A DNA stretch of 64,000 nucleotides from a virus (taxonomy: Duplodnaviria; Caudoviricetes): IMG/VR virus record IMGVR_UViG_2744054855_000002, positions 1,399 to 65,398 of that record. One strand, given 5' to 3'. Below are positions 17,820 through 28,373 of this stretch, piece by piece; position 1 is the stretch's first letter, and each line of letters begins with the position of its first letter. The translations under genes were made by a program, and so were the position numbers. The notes beneath the pieces are model-generated. The model did no database searches, was not told the origin of the DNA, and saw only the letters and a list, made by a program, of their open reading frames with translations.

Positions 17820-18416
17820 TTACTCGTAGGTGAAGGACGGCGCGTCTTTCTTGGCGCCCCAGTAGATGGGCCATTCGGCCATCTGCGCGACGGCGTAGAA
17901 GAAGCGGTCACCGTCATGCCGGGCGCGGTGGTTCTCATCGGTCCAGCGCTCAGTACCGATCCGGTTCCACTCTGCCATCCGGTCAATGATGGTGACCGTG
18001 ATCGAGCTGTCGCCTGTCGAGCCGCCGTAAGACAACTTGGCGGCGTCCATGCGACCGCTGAACAGGATGTCGGCGGCGTAATTCCCCGCCTCGTCGTAGA
18101 CGACGAACATCAGGCGAGCCAACCGGCCCCGGCAGCCAGCCACAGAGGTCTGGGAAAGGATGTAGCTGTCCAGGCCGTTTAGCGTAAGGTCAATGGACAG
18201 CGATGACCCCGATTCGGCGCTCTCGCTGGCCGTGCCTACTTCCCCGAAGGTGCCAACACCATCGTAGACCTGGCCGTTGATCGTCAGTTGGCCGGTACCC
18301 GTATGCGCCCGGACCATGCCATCGGCAAAATCCAGCTCGCAGGCGAAAACCGGCGTGAAGTTGCCGGCGGCAATGATGTTCAGCACCGACGGCGAGAAAG
18401 GGAAAACCAATGCCAT
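17820..18416 (-). CDS. minor tail protein
   Basis: position; LFSGRMD and HDGDRFF motifs. Confidence 0.75.
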   Translation of the reverse strand: MALVFPFSPSVLNIIAAGNFTPVFACELDFADGMVRAHTGTGQLTINGQVYDGVGTFGEVGTASESAESGSSLSIDLTLNGLDSYILSQTSVAGCRGRLARLMFVVYDEAGNYAADILFSGRMDAAKLSYGGSTGDSSITVTIIDRMAEWNRIGTERWTDENHRARHDGDRFFYAVAQMAEWPIYWGAKKDAPSFTYE

Positions 18417-19001
18417 TTAAAACGCCTCCCGGCATTCGATGGTCAGTTCAGCCACCACGGGCCTGACTGATAGGGTGTAGCTGTCCTCAGACAGGCGCAT
18501 GATCGAGTAAGGGTTTCGATACTCAACCGGGGTGCCGGAAATCAGGGCCGCCCGCAAACGCCTGTTGAGGGGCAGCACCGCCACCCCTTGCGCGCTCGAA
18601 ATCACATCTTCGACCACCTCATGCATCACGCCATCAATGGTGATGTAGTCACCCTGACTAAAGACCTTCCGGTTTACCGGCACAGCCCCGAGCGTGATGT
18701 GGGAAGCCATTGCGAGGCCACCCAGCACAACGGGAGCGCCGATGTTGTCAGTGCGCCGGCGGGTGAACGCGGGCAGTTTGAACGTGCCAAAGCGGCCCTG
18801 CAGGCGCCCCATGAAAGCAGTCACGATACGGTCGCGGTCGCGGGTCAACAGTGGCAACGACATCGAGCATTTCCAGTACGAACCCGGATAGCCCACGATC
18901 TGCTGGCTGTTATTCAGCGTGGAGCTGAAGTCGCGGTTGTTGTAAACCATGCCCCAGCTCATCTGCGCCGGGCATACCTCGGCGGGCCATTCGATCGCCA
19001 T
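18417..19001 (-). CDS. distal tail protein-like
   Basis: directly after the tape measure gene. Confidence 0.7.
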   Translation of the reverse strand: MAIEWPAEVCPAQMSWGMVYNNRDFSSTLNNSQQIVGYPGSYWKCSMSLPLLTRDRDRIVTAFMGRLQGRFGTFKLPAFTRRRTDNIGAPVVLGGLAMASHITLGAVPVNRKVFSQGDYITIDGVMHEVVEDVISSAQGVAVLPLNRRLRAALISGTPVEYRNPYSIMRLSEDSYTLSVRPVVAELTIECREAF

Positions 19002-19010
19002 ACTCACACC

Positions 19011-22000
19011 TTAAATTTTCTTGCGAATGGTCTGCATGATCTGGCCATTCCGATTAACGTCCTGGAGGATCGCGGTCATGGTCTGTCGCATGCCTTGCTG
19101 AACCATGGCGACCGTCTGAGCGCTTACGTCGCTACCAATGTTGAAGACCTGCTGTATGTTGGTACTGCCACCTGCGGCAGCTGAACTGGTGCCGGCCTGG
19201 AGCGGTGATCCTCCACCGCCGCCAGTTGAGCGTGCAGCGCTGATCGGTGTGACGTTCCCGGTGCGCAGCCCTTCTACTGCCGAAACACCACCGAAGCGTC
19301 GAATATCTGCCTGACTCCAGACAACCTCGCCTTTGTGCACTATTCCCGCTGGCTCGTTCACTCCACCAGGACCGGTGTAGCCACCTCCGGAAAAGCCTTT
19401 GATCAGGGCGTATGCGGCAATCAACGCTGCACCACCTACCACCGCAGCCGCTCCGAAAGAGCCAATCGACGCGACCAGCGCCGCAGGAAGCCAGGCCGCT
19501 GCCGTTGTACCGGCGGCCGCAACCTGCGCTGAAGTGGTGGTTGCTGTTGCGGCGAGCGACGACGCGGTGGTGACAGCGTCCGAGCTCAATTTTGCGGCCG
19601 TCTTGGTGGCTTCTCCTGCTACGGTAGCCGTAGTTTCGGCTGTGATACCCGCCATTTTCAGGGCCTGGACGACGACCCACTGCGCTGCGATATCGGCCAG
19701 TGCGCTCAGCACCGAATTAGCCATGGTTCCGGCAAGATTGCCGAAGGCATCCCCCAGGCTCTCCGTGCCCTTTACCATGCCCTGGATGCTGCTGGAAATT
19801 GACGAGGTGGTGTCGCCAAGGATCGACTCGGTAGCCGCCCGGGCCTGCTCGTTGTAGTTGGTGGCAATGTCGACGTAGTTCTGCCAAGACTCCGACACTC
19901 CAACCAGCCACTCGCTACGCATTGCATCCTGCGCTGCGTAGTAGTTCTGCTGATCAACCATGCGCGTGGCCAACGCCGCTCGCAGGGCTTCGGTCTCGCC
20001 CTTGTAGAGGTCAGTGTCGGCTGTGGTCGGGTTCTCGATCCGGTTGTAGTCCCGGGTCAGCTTGTCCAGCTGCTTCTGATAGTCCTGGCGGATCTTCAGA
20101 TCGTCCTGGAGGCGCCGGCGCAACCGGTCGCTTTGCCCTGCCCCAGCCAGTTCAACCTCTTGACCCTCGCGCGAAAGCTCAAGCTGCGACTGCAGGTTCT
20201 CCCTGAAAGCCTTCAGCTTTGCCTCGTTCTCAAGTCGCGCCTGGGTCAGCTGGTTGGCCTTCTCCAGTTCAGCGTTCTGCTTCTGCTGGGCCAGGTTCAG
20301 CTCAGCCATCGCCAGAACCTGCTTCTGCGACGTGGTGAGGGTCTTTTTCTCCTTGAGGTTGGAGATCTCGGTTTCGAGCTCGATCAGCTTCTTGGCTTCG
20401 GCGCCCAGCGCCTTGCCACCACTACCTTGAAGTTGAATTTCCTTACTCTGCTGCTGGAGTACTGCGTAACGCTGGCGGGCGTCATCCAGAAGCTTTTGGC
20501 CCGCATTCTCCAGAACCTTCGCATCCTTAAGGGTGCTTTTGTTCGGGTCGGTCGTTTCGTTAAGGCGGGCAATGTCCTCATTCGCCAGCTGCTGTGGCGT
20601 TTTGCGAGGAAGCACCTTAGGCGCTTCGGGTGTGCCGCCATTGGTGAGAAGACCGTAACCGGCCAAGTTCTGGCGGGGCGCGCCGGGGAACACAAGATTC
20701 CTGGCCGCCGACACCACCCGATTCATCTGCTCAAGCTGCTTGTCCGCACTTTCCTTTGCCGCCTTAGCAGCGTCTTCGTGCGATTTCTTGACCGCTGCCG
20801 CTGCATCCTCGGCTGCCTGCTGCTGGGTATAGAGGGCTACCAGCTGAGCCTTAAGCGCCGCCTGCTGTACCTTGTCGTTTTCCTTGATCGCATCCTGGTA
20901 CTTCTTCAGGGTATCGATCTGCCCCGCGACCAGCTCAGCCTGTTTGGCCTGCTCGGCGGTGAGGCCCATCTTGGTGGCGCGGTACTTCGCCTCAGCCTTC
21001 TCGTTGGCCCCCAGCAAGTCGCGGGTTTCGGTCAACTTGGCGATGTACTTTTGCCACTCAGCCAGCTGAGCCTTGGTTTGGCCTTGCGAACCGGCTTGCG
21101 CGGTAGAGAGCGCCGCAGTGCTCTTCGTGGCTTTGGCATTGGCGCCATCGACCTGGCTGAGTACTGATTCGAGATCCCTGCCGCGCTGCGAGCTTTTCTC
21201 GTACTCGGCGGCAATGATGGATAACGCCTTCTCCACGTCCGGTGAGATATCAGCCGTCTGCTTCAGCCAATCGGTCACGCTGTCCAGGTCGCGCTTGCCA
21301 GCCTGGACCTCCTTGATCATGCCCCGGAAGTTTGCTGCTACACCATCATCAAGGCCTATAACCTTCTCGGCGTCAGCGTACTTCTGGAGGGATTCAGTAG
21401 CTTCCTTGATCTTCTCGGCACGCTCATCGACCCACTCAATCAGCTTTACGCGTTGCTGAGCCTTGCCGAGCTCGTTGAACTTCTCGACCAGTTGGTCAAT
21501 CGTCAAGCCTTGAGCGTCGAGAGACTCGGTGGCGTCGTCAGAATTTCCCGCCATAAGCAGGTAAGTTGCTGCGATAGTTCCCACCGTCAGCGCCAGTCCC
21601 AGAGGGCCGCCAAGAACACCTAGAACGCTGGTGGTTGCAACGGCAAGTCCGCGCTGCGCCACTCCCACAGCGGTGGTTGCTGCAGCCTCCTTCATCCTAG
21701 CTTCAGCCACGGCTACAGATGCGATTGTTTGGGCTGCGGTTCCTCTAGCTGCTATAGCTTCCCGCTCGGCCAGAATTACTGCTGTTTGAGCCTTTACCTG
21801 ATCGGCCTTTGCAGCCTCCAGTGTGGCCGACGCAGAGGCCATGGCTGCGGCTCTATTTGCATAGTACGAGTAAACAGATTGCCCCAAGGCAAACACAAGC
21901 TGTCCTACCTTTGCCGTCAACAAAATAGCTGCGGCGGATCCTGCGCCAACCATCACCGCATTCAGTGTTTCCAGTGCTTTGGCTGTCTCGGCTGATGTCG

Positions 22001-23168
22001 AGTTGATGGAGTCAATCGCCCTGGACACGACCAGGAAGTCGGCAGCGATAGCTTGGCTAGTTCCACTCGCCTGATCAAGCTTGCCGACCATTTGAGTAAA
22101 TGAGTTTCCGAAAGCGGTTAGGCTATTCCCGATTGTTACCGCAGTTTTATTGAATAGTGCCTCTACTGCAGCCTCCTGGGTCTGTAGGGCTTTCACCACA
22201 GCCTCAGCGGTGAGTAGGCCGGCAGCCCCGAGGGCTCGTAGCTCGCCTACAGTTTTCCCCATACCAGCAGCAATCGCCTGGGCCAGTGCCGGAGCTTGCT
22301 CCATCACGCTATTCAGCTCTTCGCCACGTAGCGTTCCGGAGGCGAATGCTTGTCCAAGCTGAACTAAGGCAGCGCTTGAAGATGCAGCGGAGGCACCGGA
22401 TATCGCGAGGGTCTTGCTAATCGTCCCTACAATCCCAGCCACCCCTTCCCCAGTGAGTTTAAGCTCTTTCTGATTTGTGGCGATCCGCTGATACAGTTCG
22501 GCTGTTGCTGTCAGCGGCTGATATGCACTCTGGGCGATCTGGAAGACAGATGACTGAGCAACGCTAAGCTCATTAGCGGTTTCCGTAACCAAACGCATTC
22601 GGTTAGTCAGTGCGGAATAAGCTTCACTGGCTTGGTAGACCGAGCTAGCCAGTTGAGCGCCACCAAAAAGACCCAGCAGCGGGCCAGCCAAACTCAGAGC
22701 GGTAGCCCGAAGTGATCCCAAGCTGCTGTTCAGCCCGCCCACGGCGCCTGCCGCATTTCGAGTTGTAACCGTTACCGACCCTCCAACCCCATTCAACGCC
22801 GCCGTCGTGCGCAATGATGACTGTTGAAGCTCGTTCATAGCCCTCGTAGCTGCAGCAAGTCTTGCCTCTGCTGCTGCCGCATTTGCCCCAGTGGTAGCTA
22901 GCCCGCCAGACGCACCGGATAACGACTGCCCGGCCTTGGATCCCGCAGTGCCTAGACCATTCAGCGCTGCCTGGGCCGCTTTGATGCTGTTGGCTGCAGC
23001 ATTTATTGAGCTAACCGAACTAGACACGCTATTGAAGACGCTTGCCAGAGCCGGTCCGGTGCGTAACCCGGCCTGAGTTAGGGCATCTAGAGCGACCCGA
23101 ACTGCATTCACCTGCTGCTCGGCTGTACGGCCATCGACTTCAAGTTCGAGGCGAGATTTCAGAGCCAT
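19011..23168 (-). CDS. tail tape measure protein
   Basis: 1385 aa, Ala-rich; QLGQAFASGTLRGEELNSV; C-terminal FSGGGYTGPGG..EPAGIVHKGE. Confidence 0.95.
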   Translation of the reverse strand: MALKSRLELEVDGRTAEQQVNAVRVALDALTQAGLRTGPALASVFNSVSSSVSSINAAANSIKAAQAALNGLGTAGSKAGQSLSGASGGLATTGANAAAAEARLAAATRAMNELQQSSLRTTAALNGVGGSVTVTTRNAAGAVGGLNSSLGSLRATALSLAGPLLGLFGGAQLASSVYQASEAYSALTNRMRLVTETANELSVAQSSVFQIAQSAYQPLTATAELYQRIATNQKELKLTGEGVAGIVGTISKTLAISGASAASSSAALVQLGQAFASGTLRGEELNSVMEQAPALAQAIAAGMGKTVGELRALGAAGLLTAEAVVKALQTQEAAVEALFNKTAVTIGNSLTAFGNSFTQMVGKLDQASGTSQAIAADFLVVSRAIDSINSTSAETAKALETLNAVMVGAGSAAAILLTAKVGQLVFALGQSVYSYYANRAAAMASASATLEAAKADQVKAQTAVILAEREAIAARGTAAQTIASVAVAEARMKEAAATTAVGVAQRGLAVATTSVLGVLGGPLGLALTVGTIAATYLLMAGNSDDATESLDAQGLTIDQLVEKFNELGKAQQRVKLIEWVDERAEKIKEATESLQKYADAEKVIGLDDGVAANFRGMIKEVQAGKRDLDSVTDWLKQTADISPDVEKALSIIAAEYEKSSQRGRDLESVLSQVDGANAKATKSTAALSTAQAGSQGQTKAQLAEWQKYIAKLTETRDLLGANEKAEAKYRATKMGLTAEQAKQAELVAGQIDTLKKYQDAIKENDKVQQAALKAQLVALYTQQQAAEDAAAAVKKSHEDAAKAAKESADKQLEQMNRVVSAARNLVFPGAPRQNLAGYGLLTNGGTPEAPKVLPRKTPQQLANEDIARLNETTDPNKSTLKDAKVLENAGQKLLDDARQRYAVLQQQSKEIQLQGSGGKALGAEAKKLIELETEISNLKEKKTLTTSQKQVLAMAELNLAQQKQNAELEKANQLTQARLENEAKLKAFRENLQSQLELSREGQEVELAGAGQSDRLRRRLQDDLKIRQDYQKQLDKLTRDYNRIENPTTADTDLYKGETEALRAALATRMVDQQNYYAAQDAMRSEWLVGVSESWQNYVDIATNYNEQARAATESILGDTTSSISSSIQGMVKGTESLGDAFGNLAGTMANSVLSALADIAAQWVVVQALKMAGITAETTATVAGEATKTAAKLSSDAVTTASSLAATATTTSAQVAAAGTTAAAWLPAALVASIGSFGAAAVVGGAALIAAYALIKGFSGGGYTGPGGVNEPAGIVHKGEVVWSQADIRRFGGVSAVEGLRTGNVTPISAARSTGGGGGSPLQAGTSSAAAGGSTNIQQVFNIGSDVSAQTVAMVQQGMRQTMTAILQDVNRNGQIMQTIRKKI

Positions 23169-23225
23169 ACTTTACTCCGGGCATAAAAAACCCGCACTAG
23201 GCGGGCTCTTTGGTGTTTATTTTGG

Positions 23226-23621
23226 TTAGCGCTTGAATATCATGATTATGAAAAACAGGGCTACAGCCGCGCCAATAACGGCTGAATAGGCTTTTGCTTT
23301 CAGCGCTTTTTGCTCGTCGACCATTTTTTTGGTGGACGCCTGGATAGCGACGGTAGACTCATTGAGGATCTTTGTGTATTCCTGGGAATAGATGGTATGG
23401 AACTGCATGCGATCAGCATCTTCCCAGTCCGTGAGATAGCCATGCAGCCGGTCCTGCTGGCTTTCGACGATTGCGTGAGAGTCTTCACCTAGAGCTAGCC
23501 TGTTCGTCATGTCAGACTGCTCTGACTGGATGTAGGTGCGCACCTTATCCCTGGAGATGGCGCCGTTTTCCAGCCACGGGTTTAGCTCTTTCATTCCCTT
23601 GCTATGCGATTCGTTCGGCAC
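23226..23621 (-). CDS. hypothetical protein with C-terminal TM, moron
   Basis: own TGGTAGATT-like extended -10 upstream and a terminator at about 23183-23212. Confidence 0.7.
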   Translation of the reverse strand: MPNESHSKGMKELNPWLENGAISRDKVRTYIQSEQSDMTNRLALGEDSHAIVESQQDRLHGYLTDWEDADRMQFHTIYSQEYTKILNESTVAIQASTKKMVDEQKALKAKAYSAVIGAAVALFFIIMIFKR

Positions 23622-23726
23622 CTAGATACTCCCCTGTAAATACCAGCAATCTACCACTATCAGCAGGAAGCGCCAAAACCCCGAAAGGCGGACTCTACGC
23701 TACTATCGCCACGACAAAGGACTGCC

Positions 23727-24128
23727 ATGCGACAAGAATTCTCCTTAGACACGCTCGGCCTCCAGGCCAAGGTCGGCGAGACTGCCACGTATGATCTTGC
23801 TGACTCAGGGAAGAACGACCCCGAAGTCATGCAGGCCTGCTGTGAGGCGGAATCGGCCAACTACTGGAAGCAGCCTGAAGGCGCTCGCATTTGTGCGGCG
23901 CCGTACTACTTTGAGCGGCTTGCCATCCTGCGCCGAAAGGTCAAGGACTACTCTGCCGAAATCTCAATCTGCGAGCAGTGGAAGGCGATCATCAACGACT
24001 ACAAGTCTCAGCCCATGGTGAAGAATGGGAGCGCCGCACTCGTACACAAAGGAGGTCGATCAGAAGCCATCCTGGCCAGGATTAAAAAGGCTCGTGACCT
24101 TCTAAAGAGGCAGAAATCCAAGCCGTAG
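23727..24128 (+). CDS. helical (TPR-like) hypothetical protein, moron
   Basis: AAGGA RBS; PYYFERLAILRRK..DY..EI.ICE; antisense to tail genes. Confidence 0.7.
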   Translation: MRQEFSLDTLGLQAKVGETATYDLADSGKNDPEVMQACCEAESANYWKQPEGARICAAPYYFERLAILRRKVKDYSAEISICEQWKAIINDYKSQPMVKNGSAALVHKGGRSEAILARIKKARDLLKRQKSKP

Positions 24129-24129
24129 G

Positions 24130-24456
24130 CTATTCATCCGCTTCCTTGGCCAGCGCTATCTCGTCCAAGGCGAACATCACCTCATCGACGATCAGGCGCG
24201 GCAGTGGCAGCGGGTGCACCTCCAGCCAGTCGGTGATTTCCCTGGCCGAAAGGCGCAAAGGCTGCACTGCAGTGGACCCTACCAGGTATCGACGAGCGCG
24301 GGATGCATTTCGGAAGGCATTCAGCAGGCTGCTGGTGATCACGTCCTGCGCCGGCTCTTCCGGAACCGCGATACGCAGCTTCTGGTAGATCAGGCTCTTC
24401 TTTACGCTTGAAGAGCCCCAGTCTCGCTCCCACTTGAAGCGGTCGACTGCTTTCCC
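24130..24456 (-). CDS. tail chaperone GT-type -1 frameshift extension
   Basis: GGGAAAG slippery site (24450-24456, minus strand) leads into an open frame ending at 24130. Confidence 0.8.
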   Translation of the reverse strand, partial: GKAVDRFKWERDWGSSSVKKSLIYQKLRIAVPEEPAQDVITSSLLNAFRNASRARRYLVGSTAVQPLRLSAREITDWLEVHPLPLPRLIVDEVMFALDEIALAKEADE

Positions 24457-24863
24457 TTGATCTCTTCCTGCTCCTTTTTGTTGTCGGCTGCGATGGTTGC
24501 TGCTCGCTTAATGACAAACACGAAGAAATCGGTATCGCCGCGCAGCATTTCGGTGGCGATGGACTCGCTGTACTTCAGCGGGTTTCCATCCTCGTCTTGG
24601 GCGCCCTGCCAGTCCTGCAGGATGAACTGGGCCAGCAGCATGCAGTGGTTATCATGCTCAGTCTTCTCGCCAGCGATCACGCCAACCGAGCCTTCGCCGA
24701 ACTGGGCGTCATTGCGATCTAGGCGACGGCGCATACGCTCCAGCGCGATCTGATACTGCTGATTATCCAGCGGCATCAGCAGTACCTGAGTGTCTTCGTC
24801 GAACTTCTCCCAGCGCGCCTCACCGCTCTTGCTGGTGTCAGTCTTTTTCAATTTGAGAGCCAT
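24402..24863 (-). CDS. tail assembly chaperone (G-like)
   Basis: lies between the major tail and tape measure genes; slippery site near its 3' end. Confidence 0.85.
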   Translation of the reverse strand: MALKLKKTDTSKSGEARWEKFDEDTQVLLMPLDNQQYQIALERMRRRLDRNDAQFGEGSVGVIAGEKTEHDNHCMLLAQFILQDWQGAQDEDGNPLKYSESIATEMLRGDTDFFVFVIKRAATIAADNKKEQEEIKGKQSTASSGSETGALQA

Positions 24864-24940
24864 GAATCATCCTCACGCCACGCCATAAAAAAGGCCGCAC
24901 CAGGTGGCGTTGTCCTGGTGCGGCCGAAAGGTAATGCTGG

Positions 24941-26104
24941 TTAAGCGGTGACAGTGATCGCCGAAGTGGCGGTCTTGGTCGGGTCCGAGACGCTGGTGGC
25001 GGTGATAACTGCCGACCCGGCGGCAACGCCAGTGACCAAGCCACTGGAGCTAACGGTGGCCACCGAAGGCGCCGAGCTGCTCCAGGTCACGTTCTGGCCG
25101 GCGCCGGATGGCAGGGCTGACGCAGTGAGTTGGCGCGTCGCGGCCGCGGCGATCGATGCAGTTGTTGGGGTTACCGAAACGCTGGTGACTGGAACGAATG
25201 GCACGCGGGTGATGGTCGGAGCCACCTTGGCCACGGTGTAGTTCAAGGTCACTTCGATCAGGTCCCGCTTGCCGCCATTCGGCAGATCACCATCGACCTC
25301 AAGCGCCGGGAACGACAGGTCATAGCGGTTGCCCAGGCTGTCGATGATCGGGAATTCAACCGCTACGGTTTTCCGCGTGAAGGTGTTCTTCCAGATCTGC
25401 CAAGCCAGCGGAGACCATGCCAAGGTGATGGAGCCGGTAATCGCCGCCTCGGTGGCGATCTGCGCGCCTGGGCCAAGCTTTCCGTTACCGATACAGCGCT
25501 GCGCCTGCAGGCTGTTGTCGAGATTGACGGTCAGAGCCGAAACACACGCCTGACCCTCCAGGCTCTGGCCATCCACCGTGATGGAGCCAACGTTCTGATT
25601 GCTCATGAACGGCGTGGTGGTCGGCTGGCTGATGGACGCTACGGTATTGGTGTCGCCATCGGCGTAGTCCAGGCCGGCCATGGTGAAGGTGGCGGTGATC
25701 TTCCCGTCAGACGGGATATCCAGGGCAAAGACCGATACGTGCATACCCTTGAACAGGGCGTACACGTTCACGTCGTTGAAGTTCTTCGCGACGGTGAAGG
25801 TCCGGCGCGTGCTGCCTACGGTCAGGACGTCATCGTCCCAGGTTCCGTAGAATGCCGCTTCCAGCAACTTGTCGAAGGTGCTGTAGGACAGTTCGCCTAC
25901 CAGGTCACCCTGAATATCGGTGCTGGAGACCACCGAACCTTGGCTGATGCGAGATTCGGTGATTTCGTCGCTGACCTGGGTGTTCACGGTCGGCGACAGG
26001 GTGTTGCTGGTTAGGCGCAAGGTATCCCAGGCCCCAGTGGCTGGGGTTACACCCGGAGAGAGCTCAGTGATCATGTAACTTGTGACTTGGGCGCCGCTGC
26101 TCAT
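24941..26104 (-). CDS. major tail tube protein with C-terminal Ig-like domain
   Basis: VPVTSVSVTP...VTWSSSAPSVATVSSSGLVTGVAAG. Confidence 0.9.
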   Translation of the reverse strand: MSSGAQVTSYMITELSPGVTPATGAWDTLRLTSNTLSPTVNTQVSDEITESRISQGSVVSSTDIQGDLVGELSYSTFDKLLEAAFYGTWDDDVLTVGSTRRTFTVAKNFNDVNVYALFKGMHVSVFALDIPSDGKITATFTMAGLDYADGDTNTVASISQPTTTPFMSNQNVGSITVDGQSLEGQACVSALTVNLDNSLQAQRCIGNGKLGPGAQIATEAAITGSITLAWSPLAWQIWKNTFTRKTVAVEFPIIDSLGNRYDLSFPALEVDGDLPNGGKRDLIEVTLNYTVAKVAPTITRVPFVPVTSVSVTPTTASIAAAATRQLTASALPSGAGQNVTWSSSAPSVATVSSSGLVTGVAAGSAVITATSVSDPTKTATSAITVTA

Positions 26105-26169
26105 GGGTTATCTCCGTTCTGCGGGCATAAAAAAACCCGCTCGCGGCGGGTGGGTCATGGTGTTTCGGG

Positions 26170-26592
26170 TCAGCCGGCGCGGAACCGGACGTTCACGTTG
26201 AACTGGCGAAAACCTTCAAATTCATCGGCGTCAACTACGCCGGTTTCAATGCACTCAAGGTCGCCAGTGCTCCAGTACGAAAAATGTGACTCAAGGGCGT
26301 CGGCGAGCGCGCTCAGGTTTTTGATACCAGTCTGCTCACGAGCAAAACACTGGATAGTGATCATTCCGGGCTTTCGCGTGTGCGGCCTGTCTGCCATACC
26401 TGCCATGAAAGGCGTTGCGTAGCCTATGTTTAGGCGGCACCAGAGCCCTGTCGCCGGAGGCTTGAACAGGCCGGATGTATCCTTGTCTTTTGCCTGAAGC
26501 TGGGCGTTGGGATAGTAAATCCTGTCCTGGGCGATTCCAGGAAATCCCCTCATGCGAAGGATGATGGCGTCGTAGATTTCGCTGTAGGTCAT
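26170..26592 (-). CDS. tail terminator-like protein
   Basis: position and size. Confidence 0.7.
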   Translation of the reverse strand: MTYSEIYDAIILRMRGFPGIAQDRIYYPNAQLQAKDKDTSGLFKPPATGLWCRLNIGYATPFMAGMADRPHTRKPGMITIQCFAREQTGIKNLSALADALESHFSYWSTGDLECIETGVVDADEFEGFRQFNVNVRFRAG

Positions 26593-26969
26593 GATCCGTA
26601 CGCCGCTGCCACGCCGGTGAAGGAAATTCCAAACACTCCATTTGGGGCTTTCTTAGAGTGACCATTTTCGAGCTTCTCGGCATACACCAAGTTGTTCTGC
26701 AGGAAGATCCGCGTGTATGGCTTGAGCCCCAGCAGTACCGCCTGACCAGCTGCAATCGTCGCGGCTCCGTCCTTATCAACATTGTCGGTTGTGGCGAATA
26801 CTGGGACCCCTATGCTCACCATGGTGTTGCCACGAAACCGACCCGTGTCTACGGGAGACCTCAGGACGATCTCGCCGAGCAATGCCATGGCGATGATTCT
26901 CGCCTGCTTTACCAGGTCGCTCTCTATCTGGTCAGCGAATGCGGTAGGTGGAATGCTCCATCCAGCCAT
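26589..26969 (-). CDS. HK97 gp10-like tail completion protein
   Basis: SPVDTGRFRGN and YAEKLENGHS motifs. Confidence 0.8.
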   Translation of the reverse strand: MAGWSIPPTAFADQIESDLVKQARIIAMALLGEIVLRSPVDTGRFRGNTMVSIGVPVFATTDNVDKDGAATIAAGQAVLLGLKPYTRIFLQNNLVYAEKLENGHSKKAPNGVFGISFTGVAAAYGS

Positions 26970-27352
26970 TACGACCTCCTGAGCTGAATCTCGTAGTGGG
27001 CCTTGGCTGGATCCATGGCCGCGCCCTCTACTCGGTATGAGACGACCTCGTCGGTGATCAGGTCCAAGGTCGTAATCTGGTGCCCGACCTGTGGCCGGTC
27101 AGTCACTTCGTTGGCCAGGCAGATCAGCAGCAAATCACCGACCTTGATGTTGATGTTGTCGATACGACGACTGTCGTAGCTGTCGAGCACGCCGCGACCG
27201 GTGTAGGTGACAGGCTGGGCAGTGCTGGTCTCGCTCACGGGATCCCATACGCCAGGCCCCACGTAGGTGCCGGTGAAGGTGGACACCGCATCAGCCAGAT
27301 CATCATCGAAGGCTTCGGCCAGGTCAGCCTGGATATCGTCGCGAAGGCCCAT
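26969..27352 (-). CDS. head closure-like protein
   Basis: position in the head-tail cluster. Confidence 0.65.
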   Translation of the reverse strand: MGLRDDIQADLAEAFDDDLADAVSTFTGTYVGPGVWDPVSETSTAQPVTYTGRGVLDSYDSRRIDNINIKVGDLLLICLANEVTDRPQVGHQITTLDLITDEVVSYRVEGAAMDPAKAHYEIQLRRS

Positions 27353-27354
27353 CC

Positions 27355-27747
27355 CTACCCCCTTTTCACGGCGAAGGCGAACGGGTTGCTGCTCCAAGGT
27401 GCGAGCAGGGCCAGAGCCAACTGCACGCAGGCAGGCTGCGCGGCCGTGGTGGTCTTGTCGATCGAGCCGAAGGTCTTGCTGGTCGTTACCGAGCCGGCCT
27501 TGACGGTCTTCGCCTCAAGCGAGCCCTCGGTCTGCTGCTGGTAAAGCTTGCCTTGGGACGCGCATTTGGCCAGCCGGGCGCCCGCCTGCTTCACATCGTC
27601 AGGGATATCATCCATGTCGATGCCGACCAGGTTGAGCGACGTCAGGTAGGCATTCGCCTCGAAAACCGCCTCTTCCTTGAGCTCTGCAGCTGCCCAGCCG
27701 GCCCCAAGGATGCTATCCACGTCGGCCACGGTGATGTAGGTAGCCAT
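27355..27747 (-). CDS. head-tail adaptor-like protein
   Basis: YITVADVD and IPDDVKQA motifs; position. Confidence 0.7.
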   Translation of the reverse strand: MATYITVADVDSILGAGWAAAELKEEAVFEANAYLTSLNLVGIDMDDIPDDVKQAGARLAKCASQGKLYQQQTEGSLEAKTVKAGSVTTSKTFGSIDKTTTAAQPACVQLALALLAPWSSNPFAFAVKRG

Positions 27748-27788
27748 CCGGCCTCCGCTTGAGTTAAGTGGGGCCAAGGCCCCCGGGA

Positions 27789-28373
27789 TTACTGCTTGTC
27801 GAGCTCGGCGACCTGTTTCTGGAGCGACTCTTTCGAGGCGTTGGCGCGGTAAGTCACGCCGGCCTTGTCCAGGGCAGCCTTCAGCGCCTCGACCTCAGGG
27901 TCGGGAGCAGCAGCCTTGAGGGTATCGATCTGCTTCAGCAGGTCGGCCTTCTCTTGCTCCAGGTCGATTACCTTCTGGACTTCGCCGTCGCGCTCGCGCT
28001 GCAAGCTGGCGATGCCGGTATTGACCGCTTCCAGGACCTGGAATAGGCGACCAGCCATCTCGCCCAGGTCGCCTTCCGGCCGCTCCAGGCGCTGCTCGGC
28101 GAACGACTCGACGATCACGCCGATGGAGGCCAGTTCGGCAATCAGACGATCAAGCTCAGCCTGGTCAGGACCTTCGACGATAGCCACATGCTTCGGAGCC
28201 TCGACAACCGACACCTCGGCACCGGCCTCCTCATAAGCGGCTGCCACCTTGGACCACTCGCCAACGATCACGACAGCCTTCACGCCTGGTTCCGGGCGAT
28301 CGAAGTGCTGAGGGTTACGGTAGCGCTTACCCGGCTCAAAACCAGACGCCTGCACGGTATAGATTAGTTCCAT
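27789..28373 (-). CDS. head-associated hypothetical protein with C-terminal HeH-like motif
   Basis: LKAALDKAGVTYRANASKESL. Confidence 0.65.
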   Translation of the reverse strand: MELIYTVQASGFEPGKRYRNPQHFDRPEPGVKAVVIVGEWSKVAAAYEEAGAEVSVVEAPKHVAIVEGPDQAELDRLIAELASIGVIVESFAEQRLERPEGDLGEMAGRLFQVLEAVNTGIASLQRERDGEVQKVIDLEQEKADLLKQIDTLKAAAPDPEVEALKAALDKAGVTYRANASKESLQKQVAELDKQ

